Part shown: positions 55,701 through 64,000 of the stretch, piece after piece
Numbering within the stretch: the first letter of the stretch is position 1
Layout: each line of letters begins with the position of its first letter
Assembly: GCA_964019335.1 (NCBI GenBank)
Contig: OZ025763.1
Coordinates: forward strand, 62,001 to 126,000
DNA from: Diplonema japonicum
Lineage: Eukaryota > Protista > Euglenozoa: Diplonemea
Direction of reading: 5' to 3'
Length of the DNA: 64,000 nt
The notes under the pieces: model-generated
Database searches by the model: none
Seen by the model: the letters and a program-made list of their open reading frames with translations, nothing else
Told to the model about the DNA's origin: nothing
Position numbers and translations under genes: made by a program

Positions 55701-57051
55701 CCAGTGCTTCATCCAGTTCGGGATGATCATCAGCTCGATGGTGATGCTTGCCCTCACGATCCCTTACTTCGCTGTAATGTACATACCCGTGGGGTTCATG
55801 CTGTGGTACATAATGCGGAAGAACGCCGCCTCGATGCAGATGCGCCGTCTGTTCAACGTGACGAAGAGTCCCGTTTCGAACATCTTCGCCGAGAACCTCC
55901 GCGGCCTGGCCTCGATCAGAGCTTACGGGAAGCAGGGCTTCGTGTCGGAGGACCAGGCAAGGGCGATCGATCTGAATCACGCTTGCTTCATGGGGGAGAG
56001 GCTGTCCTTCGAGTGGGTCCGCTTCCGGGTGAACTTCCTGTCCGGAGTGGTCATGGCGTCCGTTCTGCTTCTACTACTCCTGGTTCGTGACGAACTAACT
56101 GCATCAACACTAGGACTTGTTATCTCGCAGGGCGTTTTCATAGTACTGTCAGTGTCGCAAGCCTTTTTGATGAGGCAGCAAATGGACCTGGCGATGAACT
56201 CAACTGAAAGGGTTTTGGAGTATTGCAGGCTGGTACCGGAGGAAACGGATGAGCAGCGATTAAAGTGCGAGGAAATGCCGAAGAACTGGCCAAACAACGG
56301 CGAAATTTCGATTGAGAACCTCAGCGTGAGGTACCGCCCGGAACTGCCGCGCGCTGTGGAGGACGTGAACCTTCACATCGAAGCCGGGTGGAAGGTGGGT
56401 ATAGTCGGCCGCACGGGAAGTGGGAAATCAACGCTGTTAAAGTCAATGTTCCGCCTGATGCACCCCGACAGCGGGTTCCGGTTGATGATCGACGGGTTCG
56501 ACGCCAACAAGCTAAAGGTTTCAGACCTTCGCAGCCTGTTCGCCATCATCCCTCAAGAACCTGTTCTGTTCACAAACACCGTACGAAAAAACATCGACCC
56601 ATTTGGAACGAGCACCGAGGAGAAGCTCCGAGAGGCCGTACGGCTATGCCATCTAGAAGACCATCTTAAACTGCGTGCAGGGCCCGATGGTGACGTTCTG
56701 GAGGTCAAGATAACTGACGACGCATTGTCTATTGGACAACGGCAAATGCTGTGTTTGGCACGTGCTCTTGTCCTTGACAGGAAATTCCTCCTCTTGGACG
56801 AGGCGACTGCTTCCGTTGACGTTCATACTGACAAGCTAATCCAGGAGACGCTTGTCACTGCTTTCAAGCACTGTACAGTTCTTACAATCGCTCACAGGCT
56901 GAACACTATTACCCACTCTGATAGGATTCTTGTTATGGATTGCCAGGAGGGTACAGGCAGGGTTGCTCAGTTTGCTTCCTATGGCGAGCTTCTTGAAGAT
57001 GCCGATGGCATTTTCTACCAACTTGCAAAGCAGGCTAAGCTTATTGATTAG
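52771..57051 (+). CDS. ABC transporter, ABCC/MRP subfamily (TMD-NBD-TMD-NBD, no TMD0)
   Basis: GKVGSGKS, IGEKGINISGGQKAR, DDVLSAVDAHVG, FFDTTPVGRI, GRTGSGKS, LSIGQRQ, LDEATASVD, IAHRL. Confidence 0.96.
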   Translation: MTSGPSTAPYGDDKPVAIELLEEKHKMAIEEHGWWSQVTLSFVQPLLKLARTGGLNVNTVDDLPADQRTEVQNEKFQALWGKELQKINVDTFHRTLKEVTKADSKKQLFKSLDVWDGIKKKIDDGAFTSHRDLQSFQNQVKNIINTNYKAAAPDCQRCAKKMCPLPDGVPEVPGMPAVAPAHKDMAFLMGQLNYAIQQGQPRLTPVLYQAYKSDFWAGALWGLGQSIPPFVPILLFPRLIDALIEIPSPGTQNGAPAVLLDTEDPTYLVFIYAAVIFVAISFMAFAMTRTFVTSARLGVKLRACLAAAITKKSLEISQSGWLSSGGHSKIFTLLHADTERIFQQCANLLGLAFYIPTQAVLAIAYLFYIMSWPTVGGVVVMCISMPYNYTIAQSFIKLFVERMLKADGRTKKVHEMIENIRGVKFYQWEKEYTDEIMSVRKTEVSIIKVLLKKIATLMSSTQLAPFLFHTVILIIYALWDEEGLDSEKVYQSLSLTYVLRGSFMTMPFIYAGYVQALIGLLRIQDFLVRDETEKLPTTDRNEMIRVENGRFAWEEGGTPCLTNINLEVKKGELVMVVGKVGSGKSSLTSSMLGEITEAQGTTHIGGSIAYCPQVPWIISGTIRANIEWGRRGVASDSLNDYHKCVRSVAMVQDLQVQLKDGDATVIGEKGINISGGQKARVALARALYSNADIYIMDDVLSAVDAHVGKHIFHNAIEKQLAGKTRLLITNQLQFLQHADRVLSLEPQKDGSFTLVEVDPEAPVAGSTFEQLMVEFHRQQNKAEETRQEELEKAVSAVSEVSTVDSEVLRKVFKTEEYKGQALTVQEHIEEGNVTWETYRAYYKHFGGVLWWGLIILGHVFFNACDKMSQIWIGWYADEGREQSAAFYKGHIIEDLHTATWFGIYLGIIAAGCIVLAVREFSFATGAARPCHSLYKEELGAVLASSTQFFDTTPVGRILTRFVNDWEAVDFQVPLYTSQCFIQFGMIISSMVMLALTIPYFAVMYIPVGFMLWYIMRKNAASMQMRRLFNVTKSPVSNIFAENLRGLASIRAYGKQGFVSEDQARAIDLNHACFMGERLSFEWVRFRVNFLSGVVMASVLLLLLLVRDELTASTLGLVISQGVFIVLSVSQAFLMRQQMDLAMNSTERVLEYCRLVPEETDEQRLKCEEMPKNWPNNGEISIENLSVRYRPELPRAVEDVNLHIEAGWKVGIVGRTGSGKSTLLKSMFRLMHPDSGFRLMIDGFDANKLKVSDLRSLFAIIPQEPVLFTNTVRKNIDPFGTSTEEKLREAVRLCHLEDHLKLRAGPDGDVLEVKITDDALSIGQRQMLCLARALVLDRKFLLLDEATASVDVHTDKLIQETLVTAFKHCTVLTIAHRLNTITHSDRILVMDCQEGTGRVAQFASYGELLEDADGIFYQLAKQAKLID

Positions 57052-57423
57052 AGAGTGGGGATGGTTTTTTTTTTTTTTTTTTTTGGTTTGCTTATTTTCG
57101 GTCCAGATGCAGACTGTAGTAGCCCTTTTTACCTAACCCAGCTGTTATGCTACATGTCTTATGTTTCGGATAGATTAGCATCCTCTTCTTCCTTTCATTC
57201 TGTTTCTTTTTTTTTGTTTTGCTTTTTTTGTTTTTGTTTTTGTTTCTGTCTTCATTGTATCAACAATAGTATAATGTGTCAGTGCCTATGGACTAGCACC
57301 ATTGATAAAACCGTATTTACTTTATGCAGATTCGCTTGATAGGGATAAAACACTCTTTTTTTTTTCCTAAGTTTTTTTGCTGGAACAAGTAAACAAATTT
57401 TGAAAATAATTGTTATTGCAAAA

Positions 57424-57499
57424 AAGAGTAGAGGCAGCTTGTCCGTTTTATCCCTACTGTAGGTGAAAACGGCTTTGCACAAACAATCAGCCGACTCTT
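57424..57499 (+). repeat. ~80-bp dispersed element copy
   Basis: aagagtag...tgcacaaacaa...ccgactctt. Confidence 0.7.
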
Positions 57500-57809
57500 T
57501 TTCTCCGTGCGTCGCTTTATAAATGAGAAAATAAAAAAGGTGTACGTCTTTATTTGATGAGCCCCCCCCCCCCCCCCCCCCCCCCCTCGCTGTCCTTTTT
57601 TTCTTGCTCCGGGAAAAAGAAGAAAAGGGGGATTTCTTATTGCAAGCATTGGTTCCCGACTACACAGCAGTGAGTCGGGTGACAACAACTGCACTTTTCG
57701 GTTGATGTCTTTGGCTATAGATTGATGAAGATTGTAGGCATGTTATTCAATGTGAGTTACAGAAGCATGAGTTTCTTCTCCTCAATTACGATAAGGAGCT
57801 GTAAAAGCT

Positions 57810-57841
<32 letters not shown>

Positions 57842-58334
57842 CCCCCCCCCCCCACTTCTTTCTTCCTGTTTTTTTAAAAAGAAACACACTTGCCCTTTTT
57901 TATTTTTATTTTTTTTCATGCTTCTTGTTACCTTTAAAAAAAATACGAGAGTTACGAGGGGCTTCAAGCCCCCTTCTCAAGGGAATATGTAGAGCGGTAA
58001 CAGAAAAAAAGGGGAGGGGATGCGTGTTTCTTTTTTTCTTCTTCTTTTTTTTTTTAGAAAACTTGTATAATTGTCTGTTTGACTGTTGATATTATTAGCT
58101 CTTACGACTGCCATACAAGGGAGGCGAAAAAATGGGGAAATGAATCAAGTCGTTCTTTTTTCTTGCTTTCTTCCTTTACTTACTCCTCTTCTTCTCCTTC
58201 TCCCTTTTTTTGTTTTTTTTGCGCAATATGTCTTATTACTTTTTGTCTTGCGGATGCGCCGGAGGAAGGAGAAAAAAAGAGAGAGAAAAAAAAAAAAAAA
58301 AAAAAAAAAAACATATAGTCAATAAAGAATTATT

Positions 58335-59024
58335 AATACCGGATTTGTTTTTATTTTGTTATGTAAAAAGTCCCAAATTGGGCAAAAAATTCGAAAAAAG
58401 GTACATAATATTTACAGAACACCATTAAAACAGAACATAAAATTTACAAAAATCCCAGAAGTATCTCTAAAAATAAAAAATCTCCACCGGGTTCCGGCTC
58501 TTCCTCCTTCTCTGCCTCGGTCACCTCTTGTTCTTCGGGGTTTATTAATTCAGAGAAAAGGGGTTGGATTTTTAATGATTATTTATGTAGTTGGAACTGC
58601 TTAAGGTGGTAAATAAGTGACTTTGATTTTAGTGGGCCAAAAATAAATAAAAAATAATTTTTTTTGTCAGTCCTGGGTACAACTCTAAACTGTTGTTGGT
58701 GGTGGTAGCGTGTAGGCTGTTTAAAACCAGTAAAGATGCCCCCCCCCCCCTGCTGTGAGGCAAAAAAAGATAAGGCACCAAGCGCCCGAACGATAAAATG
58801 ATAAAATGATCATAATTATAAAGCTTATACCCACGTGGCGTCGACTCTGGCTGGTCTTTGTAAAAAGCGGCCTTTAATTGTGTAGTATCAAACGGTTAAC
58901 ATCAATCTGATTTTGTATTGTTCTGTAAAAAGTCCCAAGTTGGGTCCAAAATCCGAAAAAGGTACATAATTTATACTTATAGGCCATTATTAAAACGGAA
59001 CAAAATAAAAACAAATCCGGTATT
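58335..59024. mobile_element. MITE-like element with perfect 26-bp terminal inverted repeats, built from two related ~120-bp direct units
   Basis: aataccggatttgtttttattttgtt (58335-58360) is the reverse complement of 58999-59024. tgtaaaaagtcccaa.ttggg...cgaaaaaggtacataat occurs near 58362 and 58924. Confidence 0.7.
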
Positions 59025-59462
59025 TATTCTATTTTTATTTTATCTCCCCCCCCCCCCCCCCCCTTCTTCTGTGTTTCGTCTCAACAACCGCAGCCGAGCA
59101 CAACCTTGCTCTTGAAGAAAAAAAAGGGGGGGGGGAAGAAATGTACAATTGACTCCTATTTATATTTTTTTTATTGTATTTTTTGCTTCCGCTTAAAAAC
59201 AACTATTTATTTAGTGAAAATAATATCGTATGATTTTCACGCGGTGGTGGTGGCAGTGGTTTAACAGTGGGTATATATGACTTCATGAGCGAAGCGAGTG
59301 CAGTAACATCAACGAGTTCAACATGCCACCACAAGTGAAAATCGGATCTATTTTCACTAAATCCGTTGTTTTATTAACGTCAGTCAGATTTGAAAGTGTG
59401 GGGTATTACAAGCAACAAGTTACAAATCTTACTGGGGGTGCTACTACTGGGGGTGCTACAAC

Positions 59463-59684
59463 ATGTACACGGTGGACGGGAAGGGGGACTACATCACCAC
59501 AGGGGCAGGCACTATGGTCGCCATCCCCGCAAAGAAGGGAGAGGAGGAAGAGAAGGTGGAGGAGGGTGTCGATGCTGGCGAGCCCCTCGCCCACACCCAC
59601 GAGTACACCTGGTACCAGAAGGTCGCTGGCTTCACCACCCACAGCTTCGACTCCACCTTCACCACCCTCACTACTAAGTTTGTG
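59463..59684 (+). pseudogene. C-terminal fragment of the same acid-phosphatase-like gene as 17113-17417
   Basis: YTVDGKGDYITTGAG...VAGFTTHSFDSTFTTLTTKFV. Shares caccctcactactaagtttgtg with 17346-17367. Confidence 0.55.
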
Positions 59685-59968
59685 CGCAAAGGAGCGTGGC
59701 CTCTCTTGCGACCTATTGGCATGAGGCTCTTGGCTGGGTCAAGGGTGGGCATCGTTCAAGACGGGAATCCCAAAGATCACCCATTGGGATTTGACAAAGC
59801 TGATTCTCTTCTCGGAGTATAATTCAGGTCAGACTCTACTTTTTTACAAAATGTTGTTCTGTGTTTATTTCTTTTTTTACAACTGTATTTTTGTTATTTG
59901 TTTTTCTTATTCTCTCCACCCCCCATTCTTAATCACTTCAGCTACCTGCACAACAACAACTACAAAGT

Positions 59969-61592
59969 ATGGATCCTTCGACACTTCAGAAGTACGAGCA
60001 AGGGGAGCGCCTCGGGTCCGGCGGACAGGGGTCGGTGTACAAGGCAGTGAGGAGGGTGGATGGAGATATCTTTGCGATGAAGGTGTTGGAGGCGCTCGAA
60101 GAAGAGGTGCACAAGAAGAACGTGGAGGAGGTGCAGCACATGCTGAAGCTGAAGCACAGGAACCTGGTTCCCTGCCTTGACTTCTTCGAGACGACAAAGC
60201 AGCTGGCAAAGGAATCCCTTGCGAAGGTGTGGCGGGTTCAAATCGTGATGCCCTTGTACGGAAAAGGGGACCTCTACTCATGCGTTCAAAAGGAGGGACC
60301 CCTCTCTCCTGAGAGGGCGGACCGGCTCTTGCGGGAGATGGGAGGGGTCCTTCAGTACATTCACGGTGAGGGCTTCATCCACAGGGACGTGAAACCCCAA
60401 AACATCATGGTGTCGGGGAAGGTATCTCCTCCTTCTGCGGCCAGTGTCGTTGGTGGCGGCTGCGGGGGGGAGGCAGAGTTCATCCTGGCTGACCTGGGAC
60501 TGTCGAAGGAGGTGTCCTCCGGTGGGGTAGCGAGCAGCTATACAGGCACACCAGCTTACATGGCACCCGACATCTTAAACGGAGAGGACAGCTACACCAA
60601 CAAAGTAGACATGTGGGCCCTTGGGGTGACTGTGTGCAACGTGGGCTCCGAGAAGACCTGAGGGATCTCTTTCTGAAGTACCTGCATCCTAACAGGGAGC
60701 TTGTGATGGAGACACTTCAGACCCACCTCCCCCCTGCCCTCTTCGGGGTTGTGCTCCGCCTCCTCTCCACCGACCCTTTGGAACGGGCCAGTGCAGCTGA
60801 GATGCTTCAGACGGGACCCCCTGGGATGGTTCCTCAGCCGACTGGAATAGTTCTTCTCGCGTTTGGGAGTGTTGATGGTGGAGAAGAGAGGAAAAAGAAG
60901 CTCTGCGTGGCTGTGGGAGCAGGAGCGGAGGAGGTTCGAGTGGCGGCAGCAAAGGCCTTCTCTTCGGGGGGGCAGGAGCTCCTCAGGGTGCGCAGGTTGG
61001 AGGTCTTCGACAAGGACTTCGGGGAGTTCGTGGAGGAGGACGACTGGGACATCGTGTTCGAGGACAAGGGACGGGTCCGTGTCGTGTTTGAAGCACCGTT
61101 CCCAACCACCGCCACTTCTTCAGCCACCTGTGACAGCAGCAACATGCCACCCTGCTTCATCCAACCTGCTGCGAACAACAACAACAACAACAACAACACC
61201 ACCCTCACAAAAGAGGAGGGGAGGCTTGCCTTGCTCAACGCTGTTTCAAAAGGCGACCTTGAGGAGATGAGGATCCTTATTCTGGAGCGGGGTGTTGACC
61301 CTGGTGCAGCGGACAGCAATGGTTTCACAGCCCTGCACCGTGCTGCTGGAAACAACTGTGTGGAGGCTGTGGCTGCTCTCGTCTGTTCTTACGACCAGGA
61401 CCCTGGTGTCAGAAGCAACGACGGTTTGACACCGGTTCATTCTGCAGCAGTGAAAGGCCACCTCGAGACCGTTAAATATCTTGTCGAAACTCGGGGTCTC
61501 GACGCAGGTGTCAAAAGCAACAGCGGTCGGACACCGGTTCATGCGGCAGCAGAGAACGGCCACCTCGAGACCGTTAAATATCTTGTCGAAAC
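59969..61592 (+). pseudogene. Second copy of the kinase-beta-grasp-ankyrin gene; 1-nt deletion near 60644, array broken after about 2 conserved repeats
   Basis: Near-identical to 17794-19450, with upstream homology from 59782 (vs 17614). Poly-Asn is 8 residues vs 18. Ends at cttgtcgaaac. Confidence 0.9.
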
Positions 61593-61665
61593 GCTAGATC
61601 CCTCCTTCCTTCCCTTCCTCTTTCATTCCTTCCCTTCCTTCCTATTCTACTGCTGCATTTCCTCG

Positions 61666-61699
<34 letters not shown>

Positions 61700-63440
61700 T
61701 TATTCTCGTCTTCTTCCGCCACTGTCAGTATGAACGTCAACCTCATACTGGACAAGCTGGAGAGCTTGAAGGGAGGGTCCCTTACGGTGGAGGTGAGGAC
61801 CCAGATATATCGGATGATCAACCTGATCACCGATATGATGGTGGCGGGGATGGGGCAGGGGCCGGCCCTGCAGGTGTCTACACCGGCGCGGAGGACGCAG
61901 CCGGAGCCGCAGCAGCCGCCCGTGCTGACGCCGGGGCCATGGAGGACGCCGTGGAGGGCTCCACGGACCCCCGGGAAGCCGACGAAGCAGCCCCAGGCCG
62001 GGGGGGGTGGGGGGAAGTGGAGCGAGGTGGTCCGCCGCGGCCGCCCCACCCCAGAAGGAGCGGCAGGGGAGCCTGCGAGGGAGGCGAGACTGGTCCCGGG
62101 TGACTGGGGCACCGGAAAGGGAACAGCAGGTGGAAGTAGGGGGAGACTTCGTTCAGCTTGACCCGATTGATGTGGTGATGGGCATCCCAATTCCGAGAGC
62201 GATGGTGCCACTGAGGGCGAGGCCGGGGGACCGACTGCTCAAGTTCATCATCCAGTTCGAGGGCCGGGTGGAGATCATCCTTGAAGAAGGAACGGACCCT
62301 GGAAGGGAGAGGACTGAGGAGATGCTTCTTGCGAAGGCCGAGTCGCTGGGTGTTCCACTGGAGGTGGCTATGGCTGGCCAGATTGGTATCGCTGGACTTG
62401 GATACATGATGGTAAAGCAGTACTTCGCAAGCTTGGAAGGTGGGTCGGACGGAGAGCGCCGCAGCCGCATTGTGGGTTGTGAGGTGCAGAAGTCGGAAAC
62501 ATACCGCGAGTTCGAGTTCCCGAGGACGGTCCAGGATTTCCAGATCACGTACGCGTGTGGGTGTTCGGCGGTGCAACCTGTTCGTTTCAAGGGTGGCGTG
62601 CTCAAGGGGACTCTGGAAACGGCATGGAGGGTGGTCAAGTTGCAGACCCGGGGGTGCAGACACCACCCGACACCGGGGAAGGAAGGGGTAGTGGGCATTG
62701 CGGCGGGAGCCGGCGCTACCAAGGTGACACTACGTGAGTTCTTGGAGAGGTGCGACGCAAGGATAAGGGCCCCAGTGGGAAAGGTCAAGGACCTGATCAA
62801 AGTGAAGGCGTGGGTGAGGGATGGAAGGAAGGTCACCCTCGACGTCTACGAGGGGAGGGGGCCCTGCGAGAAGGAGACGAGGCGCACTGTCCAGGACCAT
62901 CTGCGGAAGATGGGTGTTGAAGAGGTCGACCTGCAGTCAGCGGTGGTGACGGTCCCGGGGTTGTTCGAGGACGTCTCCTTTGAGAGGTACCTTGGGCTGT
63001 TGGCCCGGAAGAAGGAGGAAGACAGGGAGAGGCGGCCTGAGGTGGTTGCCACGGACCTCCCCACCCTGGAAGAGCTGAAGTGGAGCAAGAAGGACAAGAA
63101 GCGGGCCCGGGCCCGATCGGCCAGTACTGACTCGGATTGTGTGGAGGGTGGCTACATCTATCTGAAGGGTACGGGGGCGGATGGCACCGTGGTCGAAGCC
63201 AACATATGCAGGGGTGAGCTCAAGGGGATGACCGGGCCCCAGTTCAAGTTCTTGGCGGAGCACAGGTTGATGGAAGAGCTGGGGAGCGACGACCTGGTGC
63301 GGGACACGGTCAAGGTGCGCAACAAGGAGAACTGGGCCCCGGTGAACAGTGCGGTGGCTTGGCTGCAGCTCGAGTCGGGGAGGGCACGGGTGGGGCCCAT
63401 ACCCCACAAGAAGAGGTCCAAAGGCTCGCTGGCCAGATAG
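61593..63440 (+). mobile_element. Probable retroelement 5' part: pyrimidine/(TCA)n leader + ORF1/gag-like reading frame (61730-63440, one frameshift near 62090-62120)
   Basis: Abrupt junction inside an ankyrin unit. AG immediately precedes the ATG at 61730. Pro-rich region followed by KWSEVVRRGR, as often seen in LINE ORF1. G-rich composition like the RT element. No RT or 3' junction is visible. Confidence 0.5.
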
Positions 63441-64000
63441 GCCAGCGGGGGTGTGGGGGGCTGTTCTCCCCCCCCCCCGCCATAGGAAGATGTGAAACTT
63501 TTTTTTTTTTTTTCTGAGAAAAAAAAAAAGGGAAAAATAAAAGAATAGGGAACAGGTGCTACAACGGCCAGGCTAGATAGAACCACTTAGATTTTTTTTT
63601 TTTTCCTTTTTTTTTTTTTCTTTTTGTTTTTCCTTTTTTTTTTTTTTTTTTTTTTTTATATTTTTCTGTTTTTCTTTTTCTTTTTCTTTTTGAAGTGGAA
63701 CCATCTCGGTCGACGTTTTTTTTTTTTTTTTTTTCTTTTTTCTTTTGTGGTGATGTGTTTTTCCTGTTTTTGATTTTCTTCTTCCCCCGCTGCTTTTTCG
63801 CATGGACATTGGTCACTCTGCCCCTTTCCCCTTTTTTGATTCTCCCTCTTTCCCCCTCCTAAATTTTACCCCCTGCCCCACTCATTCCTCCCTAGTATGT
63901 TTTTGAATTTGCCTCTTCTTCTTTTAAGCCTTTTTTGAGATTTTTATTTTTGAATTTTTATCATTTGGAGTTGCTTCTTCTTCTTCCCCTCTCCCTCCCA

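Noticed and set aside
60640-60650. Programmed frameshifts in kinase copy 2, the RT (~39245) and the ankyrin array (~20154)
   Set aside because: These are simple indels relative to paralogous or expected sequence, with no slippery site. Decay or sequencing error is more likely.

Overview
This is eukaryotic protist DNA, most likely a euglenozoan and probably a diplonemid. The evidence is a kinetoplastid-like alpha-tubulin, all supported genes on the + strand with pyrimidine/AG acceptor-like sites just before start codons, and many tiny GT-AG cis-introns. Intact-looking genes are an FtsH/AFG3-type protease, a TPT/SLC35E-type transporter, a UBL-ankyrin protein, an EF-hand/FxFG-like repeat protein, a coiled-coil/UBL protein, a short repeat protein, a prokaryote-type cobyric acid synthase (CobQ), a 3xDOMON surface protein, a TPR protein, a Nup96-like protein, a PSI-like membrane protein, SppA, a class II HDAC, a 7xDOMON-ferric reductase fusion, alpha-tubulin and an ABCC transporter. 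A duplicated kinase + beta-grasp + 34-aa ankyrin-array gene occurs twice, and both copies are disrupted. Non-LTR retroelement pieces, a SINE-like insert and several small dispersed or foldback repeats fill the intergenic space. Most notable: (1) the kinase-ankyrin array has near-identical scaffolds with mix-and-match surface residues, and both paralogs are interrupted at the same point of the repeat unit by unrelated sequences; (2) a possible multi-heme DOMON wire on a NAD(P)H ferric reductase, plus a reductase-less 3xDOMON protein 100 bp from a eukaryotic CobQ; (3) eleven 37-75 nt introns, all in the 3' half of their genes and often with A/AC-rich rather than pyrimidine-rich 3' ends. Domain calls come from motif recognition by eye, not database searches. 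Long homopolymers mean single-base frameshifts could be assembly errors.
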